From Planctomycetota bacterium (GTDB lineage Bacteria > Pseudomonadota > Gammaproteobacteria > Eutrophobiales > Eutrophobiaceae): a stretch of DNA of 64,000 nucleotides. The position numbers and the translations under genes are program-made. Below, one piece after another: positions 49,250 to 58,697 of this stretch; positions within the stretch are counted from its first letter, which is position 1; each line of letters starts with the position of its first letter. The DNA lies in the NCBI GenBank assembly GCA_047638675.1, contig JBLIML010000002.1, positions 30,017-94,016 of the forward strand, written 5' to 3'. The notes under the pieces are model-generated. The model was not told the DNA's origin and ran no database searches. It worked only from the letters and a program-made list of their open reading frames with translations.

Positions 49250-50023
49250 ATGAAATCCAGAAAGTTATATGTCACCCCATCATTTGCCGCGATTATTGCG
49301 GTCGGGTGTCTTCTCGGTCCCATACAAGCCAGCGCCTCTATTAGTCTGAGCTTATCTGGTCAGGGCGCCCCATCCACCTATGGTTTCGGGGCAAAAAGGC
49401 TGTATTTGGGTGGTGATTTTTCGTCTAACCTCAATCACCCTTACACCAACTGGACATGGAGTGATCTCGAAATGACCATCCAGAGCGATGGTGATGCCAC
49501 TATTAGCGGCACTATGACGCGTGATTACAATTCAGAAGTCTGGGGTGTCAATATTCAATTGGACGATATCGAATTTCGTAAAACCAGTGGCAGCTATAAG
49601 GACGGTCAGAATTGGAGTGGCAGTGTTGATCAATAAAGCTTTCTTGATCTGGCTGAGGGCATCAATCCTTTTACCGGCATGGATCAAAGTAGTAGCCAGG
49701 GATGGGGCTTTGAATGGAAGAACCTGAGCATGTCACTGGACAAAATGGGAAACACGTCCAGTGTCCCTGAGGAGGGTTGGGAGGGTTTTGCTATGCCTGA
49801 TATTGGGCATGCTTTGGTGGCTGAATTGCATTATGACGGCGCAAAGGGTTTGACCTTTGAATCCTGGTACAAGAACCCGGATACCTATAGTTGGTACGAC
49901 GTAGGAGATACGAAGGCGCTGGTCACTGTAAATTCATCGGATGTACCTGAGCCAACAAGTGTGCTGCTGTTGTCGTTAGGCTTGTTTGGAATTGGTGCCA
50001 CCAGGATGCGCAAAAAAGCTTGA
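49250..50023 (+). pseudogene. PEP-CTERM sorting-domain protein gene interrupted by one in-frame TAA (49634-49636)
   Basis: ORFs 49220/49250..49636 (signal peptide MKSRKLYVTPSFAAIIAVGCLLGPIQASA) and 49679..50023 (C-terminal VPEPTSVLLLSLGLFGIGATRMRKKA) are in the same frame, separated only by the stop. Confidence 0.6.
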
Positions 50024-50056
50024 TCAAAACTGCATTCCTGTAAGATTTTTCTACTC

Positions 50057-52612
50057 CTATTTAGTTAGCTGCGCTAAAAGTAATTTCGCCTCTTCAATCT
50101 CTCTGAAATCCAGATTATTTTTTAACAATTTTTCCAAAGTATCTCTCGCTTCATCTTTACGCTCCATCCGGTTAAGCACCAGTGCCAGATGATACAGAGT
50201 GGAGGGATCGTTGGAAGCACGAGACAAAGCTTCTCTTATATAACGTAAACCGGTCTCTGATTGACCTGTCTCCGATAAGACCCAGCCATAGGTATCCAGA
50301 ATAGCCGGATCTTGCGGGCTGAGTGCATATGCTTTTTTCGCATGTTGCAGGGCTTTTGTATCTTTTTTATGCTGTAGCAACCAGGCCAGATTATTATGAA
50401 CAGAGGCATCATTGGGTAGTTTCTTCAACAGGGACTGGTGCAGCTCGATAGCCTTGTCTAATTCATTCACGTTAATATAAGCTACTGCAAGGCCGTATTG
50501 CGCTTCCACATCATTTGGGTTTTTCTGAACCCATTTTTCCAGAGGTATCAGCGTTTGCCCGGATTTTTTATTGCTCGGCTGCAGTTGCAATATTTTCAGG
50601 TGAAGTTGCGTGCTTGGCCAGATAGCATTTATTTTCTCATAGACTTCCAGGGCTTCATTTTCTCTGCCAGCGTAAACCAGAATATCTCCTCTGAGACTAT
50701 GACCTAAAGCCGAGTCAGGCTGATTTATTATTACTTGATTTGCGAGTGTCAATGCTTTGTCGTAATTGCGAAGTTGGGTCTCTAGTTTTATCAATTCAAT
50801 TTTAGCCGGAATATAGTCCGGCTCCTGAATTAAGCATTTGCTCAAGGTGCTATAAGCACCGTCAGTGTCCTCAAGTAAGACCTGTTTTTTTGCAATTTCA
50901 AGTAACTGCCTGACAGAAAAATCAACGGTGTAACGTAAGCTAAGATTTACCGAATCAATCGCTTCCTGTCTTTTACCCGCGACAAGTAGCGTGTTTACCT
51001 CAGCCACCAGTACATCGAAATTCCTGGGGTGTTTGTCACGTAATCGATGCGCGACGTTAAGGGCTTTTTCTTCCTGCCCTAGCTGCTGGTAAATATCGAC
51101 AAGATGCAGAACTTCCATCAATACTTCAGGGTTTTTCGCCCATAGTTTTTCAAGCCACAGCGCGGACGCTTCGAAATCACCATGCCTTTCCGCAATTTGA
51201 GCCAGGCCTGCCATTGCCTCACGAGAGTCCGGATCCTCAAGTAACAATTGTTCCAGTTGCCTCTTTGCCTTATCAAGATCACCGTCTTTCAGGTCAAACT
51301 TGATCAGATTCAGTCGTGCAGATGTATAGGCGGGATCAAATTTAAGCGCTTCATGGAAACTCTGTCGTGCGGCCTTAGTTTCTCCCTCTGCCGCAGCGAT
51401 GGTGCCCAATAAATTATGCAAAACCGGGTTTTCTGGCGCCTGTTTTAATAAGAGTTCTGCCGTGGACCTGGCGTCTAGTTTATTGCCTTGAGATAATTGG
51501 GTATAGGCCAGCAGTACGGCTGATTTAATATCGTAATCGCCATTTTTCACAGCAGTTTCTAAATCTTCGATTGCCCCGTTTGTATTTCCCATGGCGATTT
51601 TAGCCAATGCAATATCAGTCAAAAACGGTTTCGGATTGTTAGTTATGCTGGCAGCACGTTCTAATAGTTCTATTGCTTCCGGATATTTCCTTTGTTTTAT
51701 CAGAGCGCGACCATATAACGAGAGATATTCAGGATTGTTCTCTTGACGATAATAAATCGGTTTTAGTGTATTTATTACGTCCTCAGCTTGTTCCAAATTT
51801 GTGTATATTCTTGCTAACAACATTCGGCTTTCTGCATGATTTGGCAATTTATCGATCAATTTTTTGGCGCCTTCAAGGGCCTTTAGTTGATCCCCCTGAC
51901 TATAGGCGATAGTTGCCGACAACAGAGCCAGAGTTGGGTGCTTATCTACAAGATTAGTGCCAAGATAATCTATCCTTTGGCTGGCTTCCTCCAGAACCCT
52001 GGTTGCCAAAGCGGTCTTGTCGCTACGAGCCAGTGCCATGGCATAAAGGTAAATGGCTTCGGGTTCACTTAATCCATTTTCCCACAGGGGTTTCAGCTCG
52101 GTAATAACCGTCTCAAATTGCCCTTTGTTCAGTAAAATCCGGGAGCGACGGAGTTTAGCTGTTACGTAATCGGGGTTTACTTTGAGGATCCTGTCATAAG
52201 AACTAAGTGCCAGGTCGGGATTATTCTGTCGTAAATGCAAGTCGCCTTCCAATAACCAGAAATCTGGACTATTTGGGGCGATTTCATGGAGAAGTGCGAC
52301 TAATTTTTGAACCGTATCGAGATCATCTTTATTCAGCGCCAGGCTAGCCTGGGCCAATAAAGGCTCGGGATTTTCGGGATCCAGATTACGTGCGTTCTTA
52401 AAAGCTTGCTCTGCCTCCTCGTACTTTTGTTGTTGGGTATAAGCAATGCCCATTATCACCAACAACTTTGAATCTACTTCGGGGCTGCGTCTTGCCCTTG
52501 ATATATAGTTCTTCAGGTCTTCATACTTTTCCTGGCTCAATAAGGAATTTGAGATGGGCACAGCGACCAGGTTTTCGTCGGCACCTTCTTGTCTTGCACG
52601 ACGCAATTGCAC
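50057..52612 (-). CDS. Large TPR-repeat protein, PrsT-like (PEP-CTERM system TPR lipoprotein candidate); 5' end appears disrupted
   Basis: 851 aa of consecutive TPR units. The same frame stays open with TPR-like sequence to 52855 without any ATG/GTG/TTG. A short ORF (52866..52798) in another frame supplies MKIKDTKIYAAISVQYACAQHR. Confidence 0.6.
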   Translation of the reverse strand: MQLRRARQEGADENLVAVPISNSLLSQEKYEDLKNYISRARRSPEVDSKLLVIMGIAYTQQQKYEEAEQAFKNARNLDPENPEPLLAQASLALNKDDLDTVQKLVALLHEIAPNSPDFWLLEGDLHLRQNNPDLALSSYDRILKVNPDYVTAKLRRSRILLNKGQFETVITELKPLWENGLSEPEAIYLYAMALARSDKTALATRVLEEASQRIDYLGTNLVDKHPTLALLSATIAYSQGDQLKALEGAKKLIDKLPNHAESRMLLARIYTNLEQAEDVINTLKPIYYRQENNPEYLSLYGRALIKQRKYPEAIELLERAASITNNPKPFLTDIALAKIAMGNTNGAIEDLETAVKNGDYDIKSAVLLAYTQLSQGNKLDARSTAELLLKQAPENPVLHNLLGTIAAAEGETKAARQSFHEALKFDPAYTSARLNLIKFDLKDGDLDKAKRQLEQLLLEDPDSREAMAGLAQIAERHGDFEASALWLEKLWAKNPEVLMEVLHLVDIYQQLGQEEKALNVAHRLRDKHPRNFDVLVAEVNTLLVAGKRQEAIDSVNLSLRYTVDFSVRQLLEIAKKQVLLEDTDGAYSTLSKCLIQEPDYIPAKIELIKLETQLRNYDKALTLANQVIINQPDSALGHSLRGDILVYAGRENEALEVYEKINAIWPSTQLHLKILQLQPSNKKSGQTLIPLEKWVQKNPNDVEAQYGLAVAYINVNELDKAIELHQSLLKKLPNDASVHNNLAWLLQHKKDTKALQHAKKAYALSPQDPAILDTYGWVLSETGQSETGLRYIREALSRASNDPSTLYHLALVLNRMERKDEARDTLEKLLKNNLDFREIEEAKLLLAQLTK

Positions 52613-53138
52613 TTCGGCGGCTACAGGTTCGCCAGAGCCCAGATAAGATTTGCCTAACAGAATTTTTGCAGATAAGTGTTTCTCATCAAGCTGCAGGGCA
52701 TTTTTCAGTTGAATAATTGCTTTCTTAAAATTTTTCTTATGATAGTAAGTAAGTGCATCTTCATAATACTCATCGGCGCTATTAAGATTGGCCGCATTTA
52801 TCTGTGCTGGGCACAGGCATATTGCACAGAGATGGCAGCATATATTTTTGTGTCTTTAATTTTCATATGCTGGTTTGTAATAAATCGATTGGTAGCGCGT
52901 TGGTCTAACAAAAAAATACCTTACTGTCCTTGCTGACAATAGCACCAGATATTACATACAGCAAGACCAGCACGGAATGGTCCATCCGGTAACAGAGGCA
53001 GAGAATAATATTTTAAATAATGACCAGCATAGCATTTGGCTGCCATACCTCATTTTGTCATTATTTCATAATGAGTTTGTGTAAGGTAATATAGGCGATT
53101 GAATCTTCAAACTGTTCACACACATCAAGAGTAATAAC

Positions 53139-53756
53139 ATGTCAGCGATTCTATATTATTTTCATGACCCTATGTGCAGTTGGTGCTATGCCTTTCATCC
53201 AACCTTGCTGCGTTTAAAAACGAAATTACCGGATAATATTGAGCTGAGATATGTGCTTGGCGGTCTGTCGCCTGATGAAGATGAACTTATGCCTGAATCC
53301 ATGCAACTTAGTATAAAAGATCACTGGCAACGGATTCAGCAAGTAGTGCCTGGAACAAAATTTAATTTTGACTTTTGGAACGTTTGTAAGCCACGCCGTT
53401 CTACTTATCCAGCGTGTCGGGCGGTAATTGCAGCCACAAATCAGGGCAAAAAATTTGAAGAAGCGATGATCGAGGCAATTCAACATGCCTATTATTGCGA
53501 TGCCAGAAATCCCTCCGATTATTCAACACATATTGAATTGGCCACGGAATTAAAGATGGATGTAGAACAATTTGAACATGAGCTAACTTCGGTTGAAACC
53601 GAGGAGGAGTTAATGCGGCAGTTACGATTTACGCAATCGATGAATGTGCGAGGTTTCCCTGCTCTGGTGCTAACAATGGACGGTCAACATCAGGGCATAG
53701 CAATAGATCATACAAATGCGGATAACATCTTGAAGTCAATTAATGAAGTAATGTAA
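53139..53756 (+). CDS. DsbA-family thioredoxin-fold protein
   Basis: 205 aa, YYFHDPMCSWCYAF (CxxC). Confidence 0.75.
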   Translation: MSAILYYFHDPMCSWCYAFHPTLLRLKTKLPDNIELRYVLGGLSPDEDELMPESMQLSIKDHWQRIQQVVPGTKFNFDFWNVCKPRRSTYPACRAVIAATNQGKKFEEAMIEAIQHAYYCDARNPSDYSTHIELATELKMDVEQFEHELTSVETEEELMRQLRFTQSMNVRGFPALVLTMDGQHQGIAIDHTNADNILKSINEVM

Positions 53757-53757
53757 A

Positions 53758-54165
53758 TCAATCTCGAATTCGACTGCGCTCGGCAGGGATGGAAAGTTGA
53801 TATAGGAGATAGGCTTTAAATTCATCACTATAATCCTGTTTGGCAATCGCTATATCCATACATGACAACCAGGCGTTTTTTTCAGCGGAGCCAATATCAA
53901 ATTTTCGATGAAAACCAGGAATACTTATGGAGCCGATATGTTGTTGGTAAAGTTTGGGCCCACCCAACCAACCAGACAAAAAATAAGTGAGTTTCTTCCT
54001 GGCATCGCCAAGATCTTTTTTATGCAATAAGCGAATCGTTTCGGTTTCAGGTAAACTATCCATCAGGTCATAAAAGTGATCGACAAGTTGTTGTATGCCT
54101 TCTAAACCACCTGCGGCCTGATAAGATGTATCGCCATCGCCAAAGTCTTTTGCTTGTGATGTCAT
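53758..54165 (-). CDS. Group II truncated hemoglobin
   Basis: 135 aa, FYDLMDSLPE...LTYFLSGWLGGPKLYQQHIG...HRKFDIG. Confidence 0.8.
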   Translation of the reverse strand: MTSQAKDFGDGDTSYQAAGGLEGIQQLVDHFYDLMDSLPETETIRLLHKKDLGDARKKLTYFLSGWLGGPKLYQQHIGSISIPGFHRKFDIGSAEKNAWLSCMDIAIAKQDYSDEFKAYLLYQLSIPAERSRIRD

Positions 54166-54212
54166 AGTGTCAGCTGTTACCGTATTTAAACAAGATTGGT
54201 TATTTTCCTCTT

Positions 54213-54971
54213 ATGGCAGTGATTTGGCAAAAACATATCGCCGGCAGAAAGTATGAAGTGCGCAGTGCAGGACAAACACGACGACTTTATACCAATGGCG
54301 TATGTCACAGTGAGTTTAATCCGAATAAGATGGTAACCGGCAGCATCTGGGATCTCCTGGTACTGCCAGCTTTCTTTTATTCGCAAGGACAAATAAGACG
54401 AGTATTAATGTTGGGTGTGGGTGGTGGTGCGTCGATATTACAATTGCATCACCTCTTACAGCCGGATTGTATTTGTGGAGTAGAGCTTGATTCGGTTCAT
54501 CTCGATATCGCCCGACGTTTTTTCAATGTCAGCGTGACTTCGTCTGAACTATATGAATCTGATGCACGTGACTGGTTGCAGCAATATAAGGGAGCTCCGT
54601 TTGACATGATCATCGACGATCTGTTTATTGATGAAGGGATGGAGCCTGTGCGTGCTATTGATGCAGACACTGAATGGCTTGGCCTGATCCTGAAGCATTT
54701 GTCTGTTGAGGGACATCTGGTGATAAACTTTGGATCAGATGAGGAGTTTCTGGCATCAGCCTATTTTAATAACCATGAAATAAATCAACGATTTTTATCA
54801 GCATTCAAACTTACTAGTCCCTTGTTGGATAATATTGTGGGTGCATTCATGGGCATAAATACGGAGAGTAAGATATTGCGTGAAAATATTATCGCCCACC
54901 CGGTTCTAGGTCGGGCTCTTCAGTCAAAACGACTGCGCTATCGCATCAGAAAAATGAACGACCAAAGGTAA
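54213..54971 (+). CDS. Spermidine-synthase-like SAM-dependent methyltransferase fold protein
   Basis: 252 aa, VLMLGVGGGASI...GVELD...SDARDWL...FDMIIDDLF. Confidence 0.6.
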   Translation: MAVIWQKHIAGRKYEVRSAGQTRRLYTNGVCHSEFNPNKMVTGSIWDLLVLPAFFYSQGQIRRVLMLGVGGGASILQLHHLLQPDCICGVELDSVHLDIARRFFNVSVTSSELYESDARDWLQQYKGAPFDMIIDDLFIDEGMEPVRAIDADTEWLGLILKHLSVEGHLVINFGSDEEFLASAYFNNHEINQRFLSAFKLTSPLLDNIVGAFMGINTESKILRENIIAHPVLGRALQSKRLRYRIRKMNDQR

Positions 54972-54992
54972 AAAGTTCGAGATATTGAACAT

Positions 54993-55631
54993 ATGAAAGC
55001 TATCGTCATCCCGGTCACTCGATTTCGTCAAAATTGTTCATTGTTGATTTGTGAATTAACATTAAAAGCAGCGGTTGTTGATCCTGGGGGTGATCTGGAT
55101 AGAATCATTGCTACAGCAATTGAACATGACGTAGAGATTGAGAAAATCCTGGTGACCCATGCGCATGTTGATCATGCAGGTGGTGTGGCGGAACTCGCAG
55201 AGCGTCTCAATGTGCCCATTGAAGGGCCTCATCGAGATGATATATTCTGGATAGACCGATTGGTGGAAGAAGCGGCCATGTTTGATTTTCCTGCTTCCCG
55301 GGCATTCCAGCCAGAGCGCTGGCTGGATCAGGGGGATGTAGTTCAGTTCGGCGATATCAGCTTAAATGTTCATCATTGTCCCGGGCATACCCCAGGTCAT
55401 GTGATTTTTCATCAAGTTGAGGCACAATTGGCCAATGTCGGTGATGTGCTATTCCGAGGGACGATAGGGCGTAGCGATATACCCAGGGGAGATCAAGCGA
55501 CCCTGATCGCGTCTATTAAACAAAGACTTTGGCCTCTGGGAGATGAAGTGGAGTTTATACCGGGGCACGGGCCCACATCCACCTTCGGACATGAACGCTT
55601 GACCAACCCATACGTCGCGGATCGCGTGTAA
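54993..55631 (+). CDS. MBL-fold metallo-hydrolase (glyoxalase II-like)
   Basis: 212 aa, THAHVDHAGG, CPGHTPGH, IPGHGP. Confidence 0.85.
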   Translation: MKAIVIPVTRFRQNCSLLICELTLKAAVVDPGGDLDRIIATAIEHDVEIEKILVTHAHVDHAGGVAELAERLNVPIEGPHRDDIFWIDRLVEEAAMFDFPASRAFQPERWLDQGDVVQFGDISLNVHHCPGHTPGHVIFHQVEAQLANVGDVLFRGTIGRSDIPRGDQATLIASIKQRLWPLGDEVEFIPGHGPTSTFGHERLTNPYVADRV

Positions 55632-55703
55632 TTTATAGATTTCGAATTCACGCAGTTCTTTTATACGAAAAAAGTAAATCTACTAACTAACAAGGAGCAA
55701 GAC

Positions 55704-56333
55704 ATGCAACTATATATTTTTCCCCCTTCCCCGAATTCGCTTTGTTGTCAGGCGGTAGCCAATCAGGCGGGTATTGAACTTGAGCTCATCCCCGTGGACT
55801 TACCCGGTGGTGGTCATATGGCGCCGGAGTTTATTAAGTTGAACCCTAACCACAAGATACCTACTTTAGTTGATGGGGATTTTTCGCTATGGGAGTCCGG
55901 CGCCATTATGCTCTATCTCGCGAATAAAGCGCCGGACAGTAATCAGATACCCAATGACCCAAAGTCAAGGGCGCAAATGGCCCAGTGGATGTTCTGGAAA
56001 AATGCCCACTTCGGTCCCGCTTGCGGCGTTTATACTTTCGAAAACCTTGTTAAAGGCATGCTGGGCATGGGAGAACCTGATCCGGCCGTAGTGGAGAAAG
56101 GTAGCGAGGACTTCCATCGTTTTTTCGCTGTACTCAACGATCATTTGCAAGGTCGAGATTATGTTGTTGGGGACTCGCCGACGCTGGCCGATCATGCGCT
56201 CGCAGCCTGGATGATACCTGCGGAGCCAGCGGCATATCCAATGGAAGCCTATGGCGAAGTGACTCGTTGGTCCAAAGGCATTCTCAGTTCTGCTGCATGG
56301 CAACAGGCCCTCGCTACTGTACCTGCCCGCTAA
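55704..56333 (+). CDS. Glutathione S-transferase
   Basis: 209 aa, N-terminal thioredoxin-like domain KIPTLVDGDFSLWESGAIMLYLA and a helical C-terminal domain. Confidence 0.85.
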   Translation: MQLYIFPPSPNSLCCQAVANQAGIELELIPVDLPGGGHMAPEFIKLNPNHKIPTLVDGDFSLWESGAIMLYLANKAPDSNQIPNDPKSRAQMAQWMFWKNAHFGPACGVYTFENLVKGMLGMGEPDPAVVEKGSEDFHRFFAVLNDHLQGRDYVVGDSPTLADHALAAWMIPAEPAAYPMEAYGEVTRWSKGILSSAAWQQALATVPAR

Positions 56334-56466
56334 AAATCCGATTTTTACTACGTTTATAAGATGACGCAGCATCCCCACTCCCGATTAGGGAGTGGGCCTG
56401 AGTTTTTCAGAATTCCCAATACCCTGCCATCTATTTTTTGAGAAAACTGATAGGTAACACGTTCCG

Positions 56467-57864
56467 CTAAGACCAATTTATGTCTTTATCAATGCTGGTA
56501 CCGGAAGGAATACGAATCTGCTTCCCACTATTATTCTGCAATCTAACTTTACCTTTAATAGTGATGTTTTTGCCAAAGATAATATCGCCTTCAACCTCAA
56601 GACTCTGGCAGTCGATCAATGACAGTGGTCCATGAGGAAAGCGTGATTCAAAGGCTTCGATCATTTGGTAAAAGTTGTTATCCAGGGTAATCAGAGGCAT
56701 ATCCGATAAAGCGAGCTTGCTTGACAGAGTATAGTTTTCACTCAAGTGAAATACATCTGAACGCACAAGCAGGAGATCATTCGTCGTTTTAACCGGGGCA
56801 AAGCGAGTGCGAGGAACGCGAATCGCCTGTGCACCTTTGAACACACTAATAGCCGATCCCATGGCGGTTTCAAGTTGATAAACAGGATCAGAATGAAGGT
56901 CTTTTGGATCGATTGTCTTACTATTTCTAATCAGGGGAAGATTTAATATATTGCTATTTTCTTCCAGTGTATTGTGCAATTTCTGCAGATCAATCCAAAG
57001 ATTATTAGTATTGAAATAACGGTGCTTTGCAATGTCTTCAAACTCATTGCGGTCTTCATCAGTACATTGGGCCGCTTCTCTCAGGATAAGTCGATCATCT
57101 TGCGTACGAGCGAGATGACCACCTTTTTTATCGGCTTCTGTGCGGTCGGTTACTTCCATCAAAAAAGGCAATTGCTGCTCTATCATAAATCCAAGTAGTC
57201 GAGTCTCAAGTACAGCTCCGAGGTTGTCAGAGTTAGAAATCAATGCATAGCGATAGTTAGCGCGAAGTAAATTTTCCAACATGCCGCTGCTAACCATGGC
57301 GATATATATATCACCATGACCCGGTGGGCACCATTCCAGTTGCTCGCTTTGGCATGTCGCGGGCGACAGGTCAAATTGACGTATTTTTGGAACCTTATGT
57401 TGAATAAAATCCAGTGCAAGTTTTGCATTTTTAAGCGCCGGATAATTTCGTAATACCTTCTGTGAGTCTTCGCGAGTACTGAAACTATTCATCAACAGTA
57501 AATGTACTTTTGAATGGATAGCATGCTGCGCAATTATATCGAGGAAGCTATAGTTCCCCTTGACGGTGATCAGGGACTTTGCCCTATCCAGCCCCATGGA
57601 AGTGCCCAGTCCGCCATTTAACTTTAGTAGCACTGTATTTGGCAGGGCCCTATTACCTTTTTCTTCATACTTCTGATCTAGATCATCCGCATTGGCCAAT
57701 TCATCAATCGCTTTTATGCTGGATTCAGGGATAAAACCAGTGCTGCCATCAAGTAATTGTTGATAATGATTTTCGAAATTTGCTATTGCGATCTCAGGCA
57801 CGGCTTCGGATCGCATTTTGTCGGCAACTACCTGAAACCTTTCCTTTGTATCTTTGTTTGTCAT
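56467..57864 (-). CDS. UDPGP-family (eukaryotic-type) UTP--glucose-1-phosphate uridylyltransferase
   Basis: 465 aa, signature LKLNGGLGTSMGL, CPPGHGDIY, C-terminal beta-helix-like region. Unrelated to GalU-type enzymes. Confidence 0.75.
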   Translation of the reverse strand: MTNKDTKERFQVVADKMRSEAVPEIAIANFENHYQQLLDGSTGFIPESSIKAIDELANADDLDQKYEEKGNRALPNTVLLKLNGGLGTSMGLDRAKSLITVKGNYSFLDIIAQHAIHSKVHLLLMNSFSTREDSQKVLRNYPALKNAKLALDFIQHKVPKIRQFDLSPATCQSEQLEWCPPGHGDIYIAMVSSGMLENLLRANYRYALISNSDNLGAVLETRLLGFMIEQQLPFLMEVTDRTEADKKGGHLARTQDDRLILREAAQCTDEDRNEFEDIAKHRYFNTNNLWIDLQKLHNTLEENSNILNLPLIRNSKTIDPKDLHSDPVYQLETAMGSAISVFKGAQAIRVPRTRFAPVKTTNDLLLVRSDVFHLSENYTLSSKLALSDMPLITLDNNFYQMIEAFESRFPHGPLSLIDCQSLEVEGDIIFGKNITIKGKVRLQNNSGKQIRIPSGTSIDKDINWS

Positions 57865-57944
57865 AATTACAATAAGAGCCTTATATATTTATGGTGTCCT
57901 GATATAGTAGATAATCACATTTTCGTTTAACGACTCTGAATATA

Positions 57945-58697
57945 GTGCTGAAACTTAATAACATATCCAAACGTTTTAATAAAGAACAGGCATTATATCC
58001 TTTTTCCTATGACGCGTTTTCCGCTCAGACCAGTGTTTTTATTGGCCCCAGTGGATGTGGCAAATCGACATTGCTAAGATTGATTACCGGTTTGTTATCC
58101 AGCGACACAGGCGACATAATTTTTGATGATCTTGCCCTGTCGTCAGAAACACTTCCTCAGCTACGTAAGCGCATGGGATACGTAATACAGGAAGGCGGTT
58201 TGTTCCCACATATGACTGCCAAATCGAATGTAAGCATTATGGCAGACCATTTGCGGTGGGCTAATGATAAGAAAGAGTCTCGTCTCAATGAATTGTCGAC
58301 ACTAGTGCAACTACCCACTGAATTATTATCGCGTTACCCAGGTGAGCTATCGGGTGGGCAATGTCAACGCGTCAGCCTGATGCGTGCGCTGATGCTGGAT
58401 CCTGACTTCTTGCTATTAGATGAACCATTGGGCGCTCTGGATCCCATGATACGTTTCGATTTACAACAAGAGTTAAAAGAGATCTTCAAGCAACTTGGAA
58501 AAACAGTGCTAATGGTGACTCATGATATAGGTGAGGCTGCTTATTTTGGGGACAACTTAATATTACTAAGAGAAGGAAAAATAGTTCAACAAGGCACAAT
58601 CGTAGATTTTATTAGTAGCCCGGCAGAAGAGTTTGTCGAGCAATTTATCAGAGCTCAGCGCCATAGCTTCACAGAAAACGATGGTGCGGGCATATGA
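57945..58697 (+). CDS. ABC transporter ATP-binding protein (osmoprotectant/quaternary-amine type)
   Basis: 250 aa, Walker A GPSGCGKST, signature LSGGQCQRV, Walker B LLLDEP. GTG start; overlaps the next gene. Confidence 0.9.
   Translation: MLKLNNISKRFNKEQALYPFSYDAFSAQTSVFIGPSGCGKSTLLRLITGLLSSDTGDIIFDDLALSSETLPQLRKRMGYVIQEGGLFPHMTAKSNVSIMADHLRWANDKKESRLNELSTLVQLPTELLSRYPGELSGGQCQRVSLMRALMLDPDFLLLDEPLGALDPMIRFDLQQELKEIFKQLGKTVLMVTHDIGEAAYFGDNLILLREGKIVQQGTIVDFISSPAEEFVEQFIRAQRHSFTENDGAGI

Noticed and set aside
52676-52936. 86-aa + strand ORF at the 5' end of the TPR gene.
   Set aside because: It is antisense to the open TPR-encoding frame and AT-rich, so it is most likely a shadow ORF.
53058-53074. 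17-bp palindrome TCATTAT-ttc-ATAATGA upstream of the DsbA-like gene; considered as a Fur box.
   Set aside because: It contains Fur-like ATAATGA/TCATTAT half-sites but in the opposite order and spacing from the GATAATGATAATCATTATC consensus. The downstream gene has no obvious iron link, so it cannot be judged without a scoring matrix.
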